Assembly: GCA_046563655.1 (NCBI GenBank)
Contig: CM102287.1
Span: 2,542,001 to 2,606,000 of the forward strand
From: Yuukianura sp. NJ FZ-2021
Lineage: Eukaryota
DNA: 64,000 bases
Direction: 5' to 3'
In this document: positions 49,379-61,349 of the stretch, piece after piece
Numbering within the stretch: the stretch's first letter is position 1
Layout: each line of letters starts with the position of its first letter
Notes under the pieces: model-generated
The model's database searches: none
Seen by the model: the letters and a program-made list of their open reading frames with translations, nothing else
Told to the model about the DNA's origin: nothing
Program-made: the position numbers and the translations under genes

Positions 49379-50299
49379 CTAAGAATCCATGACGTCTATG
49401 CCAAGGTCTTCATCGCCCCTTGTCCCGTCACTGCGCAAGGCATTGATGAGGTGACATTTTGGCCGACCATGTTTGTCCGGTGCGAAACAGTGCACTCCGA
49501 ACTCCGGTGTATTCGCCTGTCGTCGTATTCGGGGTTTCCCGGTACCGGTTTTGTGCTTCCGGTACGACTTTTTGTCGAATCCCAATGTCGCCTGTGCCTT
49601 GTACCGATTTTTACTAACTTTGTCCAGATTGATGACGACTGCAATTCCATGGTAGCATAAAAACTCACAGTCGCGTGAATTTGGAGTAATGTAGTATGGA
49701 TTGTGTTTGTAAGGTCCTGTGCGCAGAATCTCTTCTTTCGTGAATTCAGAAAAGTAGAGTTGACCAAAGTGGTCGTGACCTCTGACCTTGACATTCAAGT
49801 GGATGTGACTCGTTCTGCCTCTGATCCAGCCAGGAAACACTGTCGTGAACCGAACAACTCCTTTGTCGTTCGACACTTGATACCCACGAAGAAACTTCCG
49901 TCCGGTACGTTCCGAACGGCAATCACGAAAACCGGATCGGCAATCCGGATTATCCATTGGGCCTTCAGCAGAAGGAAGCGGCGCTTCGCTCCAAGTTTTA
50001 AAAGTGGAGTAATTCCCCACTGCATCTGCATGCCACAGTTCAACTTTGACTCCAGAAATGGTGGAACACGATCCGAGGTCAAGCAAGGTCAACTTCAGGT
50101 CAATCCGAACTCCGGCCGATCCGTCTCGAATGTCACTGCGTTTTGGAGAGTTCGGTAAGTAGTGTTGACCCTTAAGGGTACGCGGGTACAGGGATCGCCC
50201 GCGGCAATAACCCTTTTTGTAACGCACTGCTGCAGAGAACTTCAAATGATAAACGAAAATTACTAAAAATTGGACGAAAACTAAAAATTTCGTTGGCAT
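49379..50299 (-). CDS. Secreted intradiol ring-cleavage dioxygenase-like protein (intronless)
   Basis: Signal peptide; DIRDG..GV, VELWHADAVGNYS, FLRGYQVSN..G.V.FTTVFPGW.RGRTSHIH and GQLYF motifs. Confidence 0.85.
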   Translation of the reverse strand: MPTKFLVFVQFLVIFVYHLKFSAAVRYKKGYCRGRSLYPRTLKGQHYLPNSPKRSDIRDGSAGVRIDLKLTLLDLGSCSTISGVKVELWHADAVGNYSTFKTWSEAPLPSAEGPMDNPDCRSGFRDCRSERTGRKFLRGYQVSNDKGVVRFTTVFPGWIRGRTSHIHLNVKVRGHDHFGQLYFSEFTKEEILRTGPYKHNPYYITPNSRDCEFLCYHGIAVVINLDKVSKNRYKAQATLGFDKKSYRKHKTGTGKPRIRRQANTPEFGVHCFAPDKHGRPKCHLINALRSDGTRGDEDLGIDVMDS

Positions 50300-53200
50300 T
50301 TTTTAGAAAATTGCTAGAAGCGCTAAAACTACAAGAATTAGAATTGCAACGGAATGGAACACACTTCAACAACAACTAAGACCATCAGTGTTAATGTTTT
50401 AATTAAAATTTTCACACCTTTTCCACAAGTGGGCTCTGATTGGTTCTTTATGCTAATTCGTATTTAGAGAGGTCAGTGACTTCTTGAGCCAACACATCCT
50501 ATTGCTTTTGTGTTGGTCATAATTATTTTGGCGAAAAACACTAAAATTAAGTCCACGATGCTTTTTAGTATGCAAATAATAGTTTTATTTTTACTATTTT
50601 TCAAATTTTTATATTCATTTGTCATAAGAAAAAGCAAGAAAAAAAGAATTTTTCACTCATTTAACAATTTTTTTCATGTCAGAGTAAAACGCCAGCTAAA
50701 CTTTTTTCCAATCACACAAAGTGAAAAATCACAATTTCTGGAAGTTCTTCTTAAAATGGCGTAAAAGTTTATCAAAAAATTCGACTTTAGTGGACATTAA
50801 AATTTTGAAATTTGAATTTTGGTGTTTTTGAGAAGTGGTTGGATGTAAGTTGAGTGTGATTATGTTTTGGACTACTGCGGTGGAAGATGGTAGTGGATCC
50901 TGCTTGGTCCAGAGGAATGCAGACACATAACAATATTTTAGGGACCCTGGAGAGACACAGTGCTCCTCCACTGGAGTCAGTTCGAGAGCCCTTAAGGGTC
51001 CCCTTGGCCAAGTGACATTGTGGCAGTGGTCCTTGGCCCTCCAGGGCCCCTGTCCCTTAGCAGTAGGTGTCTCATGCTGTGATGCTTGTGCAATTTGTGA
51101 AACTGGAGACACAGGACATTCAAAACCTTATCACATTCCAACCATCTACACAAAACAATTGAAATGTTTAGATCCAAAAGACACCGATTTAGTATCATTT
51201 GTCACAGAGCCAAAAAAAATTAAATTCAGTGTTTCGAAATTTTGGACAAAACTTTTCTTTTTCAGTTTTCCCGGCAATTACTAGAGTGTTTTGTGTCCAT
51301 TTGCGTTCCGTGTGACATTTTGATTAAGTTGAGAATCTTGAGGAGCCACGCCCTGCTGGACATCTCTGTTTTGTAACTTAATCTTTATGGCGGTGGATGC
51401 TGCTGGAATGGGACTGAGTGAGGGTGTGTTCTAAATCAGACTCTTTAGGTTGTAACCTAATCTTAGCCTAATCTCAACCTAATCCAGCATCTCCTCGTCT
51501 CTATTTGGCTAATCATGCTCCTAATTCACCTCTACAATGTCACCCGCTCCCCAGAAAACTTAATTTACTAAAACGAAATACTTAGATTGCAACAAAAACT
51601 AAGGCTGGTTACAGGTTTTAAAAAAATTATCACTTCTTTAATGAAAACTTTCATTTCAAAATTTTTGTAAAGCCGAGATTGAAAAACTGAGCCAGTTTTC
51701 AGTAAAACTTTGTTTTTTCGTTCAAATCGGGTTGTCTGGTTTCTGATTTTTTTCGGATTTTGAATTTTTCTTCTTCTTTTGGTAACCTTTTTGACTTGTA
51801 GAATTTGAATCTTGGAGTTTGATCAGTGTTGTTCAAATGTCAGGAAGCAACAAAAGAGGAAGCTTTTTGTATCAGTAGTATGGAAAACGGAGCACTTAAA
51901 AATTCCAAAGTAAATCCGAAGATGTCTGGAAGATAACTTCAATTTTGAAATTGATTTGGATTTGGAAGTTTCTTTTTGAAAGAAAGTGCTCTCCATTTCA
52001 AAGTAAAACTGACACTTCCAGGTCCAGTGTCAGAAACAATTAATGCATGTCAATCTCACACCTAACCCAACTAACATAATGCATTTGCAACGTGCTATCA
52101 AAATTATAGTATATCAAGAATACATGAGCTTCAGAAAAATTTAAAAAAAAACGAAACTTTGAAATTTGGAAAAGTTAAGCGCGACTAAAGCTTTTAGTGA
52201 AATGGGATGCCGTAATGAGTGGGTTCTTTGAGGCGGAAAGCGTCGGCAATTCACACCTTGTAATTAAGTAAACAACAGGATCAGGCACAAATTGCTTTCA
52301 ATTAAACACTTTTACTCACTTTCACACTTTAACTAACTAAAAACTAACCTAGTCTGCTCAAAAAACCTAACTTTTCATTTTCCTTGTTAAGCACCAAAAG
52401 CTACTTCATAGTCTCATTCATGTCTGTCCGTCTGTCAGTCAGTCTGTCCGTCTGTACTTGTGAATTTTACTATGTAATATTTTTTTTTTTTGGAAATTAT
52501 AGTGTTTAAAATGTAAAAGGCTAAAACTTAGAGGTCTATAAAAGACTAAATTCTAAAAAGTCTAAAAACGAAGACGAGATGTTACCTTGTCGCTCTCTTT
52601 TGAAAAAGTTAGCTCACTTTTCCACTTCTGTGAGCACCAACTTTTACTTTCTAAAGCTTCAAATTAACTCCTTCATTTTCTTAATTCGACACACTCCTTT
52701 TGCTCCAGTGCTCCAAAAAAGAAACAAAAATCAGACGAATAGTGATGCTCTTTTGAATTTTTTTCGCTTTAGAGTCCCTTAAGGTCCTTCGCAGGCAGTC
52801 AAAAGTCTTTGGAGGGCCCTTTGAAAGTCATTTAGGAATAGGACTTGGTTTAGGTTTTAAAAAATGAGTTGCAGAGTTGAAAAGCTTTTTTTTAAACTTC
52901 GTGAATGATCTTTTTAATTTCCAGACCGGTACAACCCCTTCTCTTTCTAAATTGAAAAAGGTTTGGTTCAATTTCCTTTTTTAGACAAAGTTTTTTCTAA
53001 ATACTTTTTTAAAAGCTGCCCATGAAGTAATTTGGATTTAAAATTTTGAACAGGGTGGATCCAATTTTCAATAAATTGAACGCTAAGCTTTAAAAGTGAA
53101 AGTCACCCATATCTTTTGTTTTCGGATTTTTTTTTTGTGAAATTTCAAAATCCTTTTGATTTTTTGTTTTGGCTTAAAATCGGATTATGGATTTGCTTGA

Positions 53201-54841
53201 ATTCACTTTTGTCTTTTTTAAATTCAAAATTTCAAATTGAAACAGTTGGATTTTCGGGATTAGATGCATCGCGTGACGCCTCATGCGCAGGCAGTGTTCA
53301 AATTTCAATTTTCTTTTATTTGAAATTCGTTTTTTAGACATGTTTCTTGAATCTTCATTTTTAGAACATGTTTGAACACAAGGAGTTAATTTTCTTGAGT
53401 TGAGAATCTTTTGTGTCAACATTGAAGTTAAGAATGGAGGTGACAATTGGTGGATTTTGTGTTTAGAGTGGAGGTGTGAAACCCGGGAGTTTTCAAAATG
53501 GAGTTCATTCAAATGCATTCCATCTGCACAGTTCTTTTGTTAAACAACAATGGACGACTCTTCAGTCGATAATTTACTCCGCATATTTGACTTTTGGAAC
53601 ACACTGTACAATTCCATCTCTCCATCGAATGTATCACAACACAATTGAGTTTCATGAACTTTTTAGTATTTAGCATTACAGTTAGCAGACTGTACAATTT
53701 TACTTTCTTGTTCCAAATTTTGAAAAGCAGAAATAAAATTTTGAAAATTCAAATAATACACAATATGAAACGTCGCCCAGCCTTTAGATGGAGGCGGAAT
53801 ATTGTTCGGAAGTGGATTCTCGGGAAATAAATTAGTTTTTTTTTGTAAGTGGGGATCTTCAGGGGTAATTAGAAATAAATAAATCAAGGGCCCAGTGACC
53901 CTTCATTGGATTTGATGCATTTAATTCCCAGGGTCCCTTAACTTTTTGCAGTTTAAGCTTAATGGTCCATTCACAAATGGTGTAGTCACTGCTGCTAAGG
54001 GGTGGTTGCTCATCCTTTTGTTTGGAGACAACATGTGGCGGATTTAAGGGATCTCCACGTCCGTCCCTTAATGGACCAAAGGGCCCAGGGACCCTTCACC
54101 AAAATTAAACACACCAATACCCTCCACAAATCTTCTCAAATCAACTGAAATTCATTTAAAAAAAAGTATAAAATTCTGAAACTTCCTAAAAGTTCTTAAT
54201 TTTTCAATTGTTAAGCCCAACTTTAATACATAACCTGAAAAATAAGCTTAAACCGAAAATTCTGGCCTAACTTTCGCCCAAGTCTGAAAAAGCGGAAGAA
54301 AGTGTCACCGTCAATTGGTTACCAAATTACTCAAAAACTAATTTGGAACAAATGTGAGAGAACTTAAAAGCGGAACTGGGGCATTGGATTTCTAAACATC
54401 TCCACATGGTCACATGGTTGATGAGGGGGAAGAGCATGACCTTTGACCTTGTCAAAGTTTTCAAATTGACTCCAAGTCCTCCCCATCCCTCAAGGGACGC
54501 CCAAATCCCAAATGAACTCCAACCACGCCCTCCTTCGGTTTATAGCAGGATGAGTTTCAATTGTTTCTTTAACAAAAGTTTCTTTGTTCTTAATTGCATC
54601 TTCCCTCTGATCTCTAATCCAGAATTTACCTGATTACGATCCATAATGTACAAAAAAGTTTCACTTTAAGAAAAAATTTCACGCCCTAACTAACTTTGTT
54701 AACTTTAGATTATAATTAACTTTCATTTAAACCAGATTCAGCTAAGCGGATTTTTGTCTTGTGCGTTAAATTTGGCTCCTCTAATGAAAAATTGTCTGGA
54801 AAGAAGATGATTTTTGTTCAAAAATATTTTTTAACTTTTAC

Positions 54842-54855
54842 GTTGCCATGGAAAC
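54842..54855 (+). promoter_or_regulatory. RFX X-box GTTGCCATGGAAAC upstream of F-box-like copy 1
   Basis: Consensus match ~160 bp before the ATG; degenerate versions occur at the same position in copies 2-4. Confidence 0.45.
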
Positions 54856-55010
54856 CCAGTTTGTTCAGTGCACAAAGTTTGCTTTCAAATGTTTTTAAAA
54901 ATGTGACCTTGAGGTCATCATCATCGCAGCAGCAGTGACCTCATAATTCTGTGTTGTAAACTGATGAGTCACGATCACGCAGTAACTCTGCTCAAATTGT
55001 GAACCTAAAA

Positions 55011-56444
55011 ATGGGAAACGGCCAGAGCCAGGACGTGAACCGGTCGGTATTCGTCGCTACCCATGCGGATTTGGTTTTTGCCAATTTCGAGGTAATTTGT
55101 AATGAAATTTTTTTAAAGTTGAGGTCAAAGGTCAACTTTTTATTTTGGTCTGAAGATCATTTGGAACATCCTTGGAATGCTGGAGAATGAAGAAATTCAA
55201 AGAAGTCGCCGAGTGAACAAGACGATCAATTTGATCGCATGTAAAATTTTGAGTCGGAGGAAAAATGGAGCCGCAAGATTTTACGGGTCAAAGGCCATCG
55301 CAGATTTTGTGAATCGAATGGAAACGAGACTGGAAGAAACAATTCCATATTCTGCGTTCACCTTTGACCTCGCCAGAATTCCGGTTTCAGAAGTCAAACG
55401 GTTCGGAACGAACTTCGGTCAGGAAGTTCGCAAGGTAACACTCAACCTGGACTTCGAACCGCCGTCTCCCACAACTTGGTTTTCTTTCATTGCAACACTC
55501 TTGGGTTAAACTCTTTGACTTAAAGCCTAGTTTTAACCGTATTTTAGCCGGATTTAGCCGGATTTTAACCAGATTTCATACTTCCAGACCCGTTGAGCAG
55601 TCCCAAGGCCAAAGCACTTTTACTCCTGACCTTCACCCCAAACCTGGAACACCTCTGCTTGAAGTTCAAAGATCGGAAGGAAAATGTGTTGACCTTGAAT
55701 GACCTTGCTCGGCTTCCGATTTTGCCGAAACTTAAAATTTTGGAAATTTGTGACCTGGAGGACCGCTGCCCCTTCACCACTGTGAATCTGAGGTCTCCGT
55801 TGCTTTGGCTTGAAGTTAAGGACGAACACCAAAGTCACATGACTTTTATGACGGCATTAATGCAAAAAGCGCCATCTCTGGACAAAATCAAAATCAGCAG
55901 AGTTGACCGCTACCTGTGCCCAATGCTGAAGCACCTTCCGACTCTTTTCTCTGAAATGAACAGAACACCTCCAGCACTGACCCTTGACCTCCACTTTATG
56001 CTGAGTGGTGACACGAACTGGGACTCCTACTTCAGTCACCGGGATTTCATGAATGAGTTGAAGGATCAAGGCTATAATCAACTGCATGAACTCAGTGTGA
56101 CCATTTTAGAACCGACCAATGACCTAATGGCAGAATTTTGGGAGTTCATTGACCTCCAGGCTCAGAGTCTACAGAAACTGCAACTCTTTTTCCTTTTCCT
56201 ACCGATTCCCTTTCCCGGTACTCTGGTTCGGTTTCCGGCCATGCCGAACTTGACCTCACTTGACCTCTACGTGTACCACTGGGGGTTCTTTCCGATTCCA
56301 CCGATTACCTTAAACCCAGCACTTTATCCGAAACTGGGACCCTTGAGAACAGAGAACAAAACTGACTACATTTTGGTAAGTAATAGCCGCGCTCATATTC
56401 GAATTATTAGCAGCAATAGTAATAGCACCAACTTGAAACCCTAA
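55011..56444 (+). CDS. F-box-like/LRR-like protein copy 1, ~433 aa; exons 55011-55091, 55156-55504, 55573-56444
   Basis: MGNGQS N-myristoylation motif, F-box-like EIIWNILGML..EEIQRSRRVNKT and LRR-like strands (PNLEHLCL, PNLTSLDL). Splices are in frame. Confidence 0.75.
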
Positions 56445-56898
56445 TTTGGTTAACCAACATAAGACAAAACCGAAAAAAAAATGAAAATATTAAAAAAAAA
56501 TTTCAAAATTGTGAAAGTTTCTTTTCTCTTTGTTGTAAATCAAACAATGCGAGGGATTGTGTGAAGTGTTGTCGAATAATTAAAGGAACCAACTTCGACG
56601 TAGATATAGTTTCTTATAGAATAACTTTCTTTTAAACCAGATTAAGCTAAGCTGTTTTTAGTCTCGTGCGTTGAATTCCGTTCCGATTAAAAAAATTCAC
56701 AGCAAGACGACCATTTTTGTTCCAAAATATTTTTAACTTTTGCATTTCCATGGAAACCCAGTCCGTTCGGTGCATAAAGTTTGCTTTTAAAAGTTTTTGT
56801 GAAAGTGTGACCTTGAGGTCATCGCAGTGACCTCAAAATTCTGCGTGGTAAACTGAAGCGAGGTCACGCAGTAAAGCAGCTCAAATTGTCAAACTAAA

Positions 56899-58334
56899 AT
56901 GGGAAACGGCCAAAGTCGGAATGTGGACCGCTGGAGAACTCCTACACATGCGGATTTGGTTTTTGCCAATTTCGAGGTAATGTTGAAAAGAGAAAAGTTG
57001 AGGTCAAAGGTCAACTTTTGTTTTTTTTATTTTGGTGTGAAGATCATTTGGAACATCCTTGGAATGCTGGAGAATGAAGACATTCAAAGAAGTCGCCGAG
57101 TGAACAAGACGATCAATTTCATCGCATGTAAAATTTTGAGTCGGCGGAAAAATGGAGCCGCAAGATTTTACGGGTCAAAGGCCATCGCAGATTTCGTGGA
57201 TCGAATGAACGCGCGACTGGAAGAAACAATTCCATACTCTGCGTTCACCTTTGACCTAGCCGGAATTCCGGTTTCACAAGTCAAACGGTTTGGAACGAAC
57301 TTCGGACCGAAAGTTCGTAAGGTCACGCTCAATCTGGACTTCGAACCGCCGTCTCCCACAACTTGGTTTTCTTTCATTGCAAGTCTAACGGGTTAAAATT
57401 TTTGACTTAAAACCTAGTTTTAGCCGGATTTTAACCGGATTTAGCCACTTTTTAACCGGATTTCATACTTTCAGACCTGTTGAGCAGTCCCAAGGCCAAA
57501 GCACTTTTACTCCTGACGTTCACCCCAAACCTGGAACAACTCTGCTTAAAGTTCAAAGATCGGAAGGAAAATGTGTTGACCTTGAATGACCTTGGTCAGC
57601 TGCCGATTTTGCCGAAACTTAAAACTTTGGAAATTTGTGACCTTGAGGACCGTTGCCCCCTCACTAGTGTGAATGTGATGACTGCGTTCCCACCGCCTGT
57701 TCTGGACCACCACCAAAGTCACATGACTTTTTTGACCGCCGTGATGCAAAAAGCGCCCTCTCTGGACAAAATCAAAATCAGCAGAGTTGATCGCTACCTG
57801 TGCCCGATTCTGAAGCATCTTCCGACTCTTTTCTCAGAAATGGACAGAACACCTCCAGCACTGACCCTTGACCTCCACTTTATGCTGAGTGGTGACACGA
57901 ACTGGTACTCCGTCTACTCCAGTCACCGGGATTTCATGAATGAGTTGACAGATCAAGGCTACAACCAACTGCATGAACTCAGTGTGACGATTTTAGAACC
58001 GACCGTTGACCTCATGGCAGAATTTTGGGAGTTCATTCACCTCCAGGCTCAAAGTCTACAAAAACTGCAACTCTACTTTGTCTTTTATCTAACGTTTCAG
58101 TTTCCCGGTACTCTGGTTCAGTTTCCGGCCATGCCGAACTTGACCTCACTTGACCTCAGCGTGTACTTCTTGTGGGACCCTCCGATTCCATGGATTAGCC
58201 TAACGTCGGCACTTTTTCCGAAACTAGGACGCTTGAGAACAGAGAACAAAACTGGCTACATTTCAGGAAGTCGCATCCCCGCAAATATTGGAATCATTAG
58301 CAGCAATAGTAATAACAGCAACTTGAACCCGTAA
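56899..58334 (+). CDS. F-box-like/LRR-like protein copy 2, ~428 aa; exons 56899-56976, 57043-57391, 57475-58334
   Basis: Paralog of copy 1 with the same exon structure and a shifted last acceptor. Confidence 0.75.
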
Positions 58335-58536
58335 TTTGATTAACCAACGCATAAGACATAACCAACCGAAAAAAAATGAAAGTAAAAAAAAAAGTTTTTC
58401 AAAATTTTGAAAGTTTCTTTTTAACTTTTCTATTTCTGTAAATCAAACAAAGTGAGGATTATGATGAACTTTATTTTAACTCCGATTAATGTCTGGATGG
58501 ACAAATTCGTTTAGATTCGATTTTCTGTAGGGCTTT

Positions 58537-58844
58537 TGGTGCACTTCCTGCGTGATTGGTACGACGCTCAGAAAACTACGACCACACTTTTCGTAGTAGC
58601 AGACGCTGCTAACTGGGACAGGGGACACCTTTTTCCCGAAAACTTAACTTTACCTCCAGAAATCAAAGGATTTCTGGGAGAATTTCAGAAATCATCGAAT
58701 TTTTGCCTTACTTTGCCTCCTATAAAAAAGCAAGTGAAAATTCGTAAAAAAGCTGTCCGCTGCATTAATTAGCAGCTTATGCTAATGCGAAAAGTGTGGT
58801 CGTAGTTTTCTGAGCGTCGTACCAATCACGTAGGAAGTGCACCA
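58537..58844. mobile_element. ~308-bp MITE-like palindrome
   Basis: About 57-bp near-perfect terminal inverted repeats (TGGTGCACTTCCT.CGTGATTGGTACGACGCTCAGAAAACTACGACCACACTTTTCG), with decayed similarity to ~110 bp. No clear TSD. Confidence 0.8.
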
Positions 58845-59436
58845 TAAGATTGGGTCAAAGTTCATGACTTTCTTGTTTACAGTTTATTGTTCACAGAGTG
58901 TGTAACTGTAAGCTGGGGCGAGTTGAGAATCTAGTGGGAATTTTGATTTTGAAAATTCAAAAGAAGGCAGTTTTGTTCTTTGTTCTTTTATTCACTCTCT
59001 CGTCAGTCAGTTGTCAGTTAGACAGCGATTGGCGAGTTATCATGGGTTGTGCGAAATTTCAGTCGTAAAGAATCCATCCGTTGGGGTTTTGCATGATTAC
59101 GTGGTGTGTAAATTCTAAATTCTCAGTCGTTGCCATGTCTACGAAACGTTTTTTGGCGTTATTTTTATTGACCTCCAGTCTCTCCTTAAGCTATGCCGTT
59201 TTTAGTCTTGTTTTTTGATTTTCAAAAAATTCTCCGGAAAGAAGATGATTTTTGTTCAAAAATATTTTAACTTTTACGTTGTTATGAAAACACAGTTCGT
59301 TCGGCGCATAAAGTTTGCTTTTAAATGTTTTTGAAAGTGTGACCTTGAGGTCATCGCAGCGCAGTGACCTCAAAATTCTGCGTAGTAAACGGAGGCGAGG
59401 TCGCGCAACAAAGCAGCTCTCATTGTCAAACGAAAA

Positions 59437-60856
59437 ATGGGAAACGGCCAAAGTCGGAATGCGGACAGCTGGAGAACTCCTACACATGCAGATTTGGTTT
59501 TTGCCAATTTTGAGGTAATGCTAAAATGAAATTTTTAAAAGTGAGGTCAAAGGTCAACTTTTGTTTGCTTGAAGATCATTTGGAACATTCTTGGAATGCT
59601 GGAGAATGAAGAAATTCAAAAAAGTCGCCGAGTGAACAAGACGATCAATTTCATCGCTTGTAAAATTTTGAGTCGGCGGAAAAATGGAGCCGCAAGATTT
59701 TACGGATCGAAGGCCATCGCAGATTTTGTGGATCGAATGGACACGAGACTGGAAGAAACAATTCCATACTCCACTTTCACCTTTGACCTCGCCAGAATTC
59801 CGGTTTCAGAAGTCGAACGGTTCGGAACGAACTTCGGACCGGTAGTTCGCAAGGTCACGCTCAATCTGGACTTCGAACCGCCTTCTCCTACAACTTGGTC
59901 TTCTTTCCTTTCACGTCTAACGGGTAAAAATTTTGACTTAAAACCTAGTTTTAGCCGGATTTTAGCCGGATTCGGCCGGATTTTAGCCATTTTAACCATT
60001 TTAACTGTTTTAACCAGATTTCACACCTCCTAATCAGCTGACGAGTGCCAAGGCCAAAGCCGTTTCACTGTTGACCTTGACCCCAAACCTGGAGGAACTT
60101 CGGCTGCACTTCAAAGATCGGGAAGAAAATGTGTTGACCTCGGATGACCTCGCGGGGCTTCCGGAGTTTCCGAAACTCAAAACTTTTGAAATTTGTGACC
60201 TTGAGAACCGTTTGCCCATGACCAGTGTGCGTCTCTTAGCTCCGCCTCCGGTTCAGGACGAACACCAAAGTCACCTCACTTTTTTGACCGCCGTGATGCA
60301 AAAAGCGCCCTCTCTGGACAAAATCAAAATCAGCAGAGTTGACCGCTACCTGTGCCCGATTCTGAAGCATCTTCCGACTCTTTTCTCTGCGCTCGACAGA
60401 ACACCTCCAGCACTGACCCTTGACCTCCACTTTATGCTGAGTGGAGTCATCGAAATGTACAACAGTCACTGGGATTTTATGAATGAATTGACCAATCAAA
60501 ACTACGATCAGCTGAGCGAACTCTGCGTCACGATTTTAGTACCGACGGTTGAGCTCATGGCAGATTTTTGGGAGTTCATTGAACTCCAGGCTCAGACTCT
60601 CCAAAAACTGCAACTCTACTTTGTTTTTCTTGAACCAAACATCATGCAGGGTAATTTTGTGCGGTTTCCGGACATGCCGAACTTGACCTCGCTTGACCTC
60701 GCTGTGTACAACTGGGGGGCACTTCCGATTCAACCGATTACTGTAAACCCAGCACTTTTTCCGAAACTGGGACCCTTGAGAACTGAATACAACACGGACT
60801 TCATTGCAAGAGTTCGCCGCGGTCAAATTGTGATTAGCAGCAACTTGAACTCGTAA
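59437..60856 (+). CDS. F-box-like/LRR-like protein copy 3, ~421 aa; exons 59437-59514, 59575-59923, 60018-60856
   Basis: Paralog with in-frame splices. Confidence 0.75.
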
Positions 60857-61349
60857 TTGGGCTAACCCTTAAAACTTAACCGAAATGTAAACCTCAAAAA
60901 AAGAAAGTATTAAAAAGTTATTGGAAATTTGCAAATCCTGCTCAATTGTAGCCAATTTTCTGTCTATCGTATGTTTTGAATTTAAAACTTTTCTAAAATA
61001 CCGTAAATTTGGTCCAAAATGGGCAAAAAACATAAACATTTTCTAAAAACCCCGAAATATTTAGTAAATATTTTCTTTTTTCGTCAATATTTACAGAAAA
61101 AAATTATATATAAAAAATTGTGCTTTGAATTCGCTTCCTCAAAAAAGTCGTGAAAGAAGATTTTGTAAAAAAAAAAAATATTCTCAACTTTTACGTTGTT
61201 ATGAAACTTCCACTGGATCAACAAATATGTTTATTTTTGAAACTTTTTGAAAAGTTTGATTTGCAGAGGTCATCGCATCGCAATGACCTCAAAATTTTTG
61301 TGACAAGCTAAAGGTCACGCAACTAGCAGCTTAAATTGTCAAACTAAAA

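Noticed and set aside
50870..51160. GC-richer Cys-containing patch on the minus strand, possibly a decayed family member
   Set aside because: Stops interrupt the most plausible frame and the CC scaffold is not recoverable.
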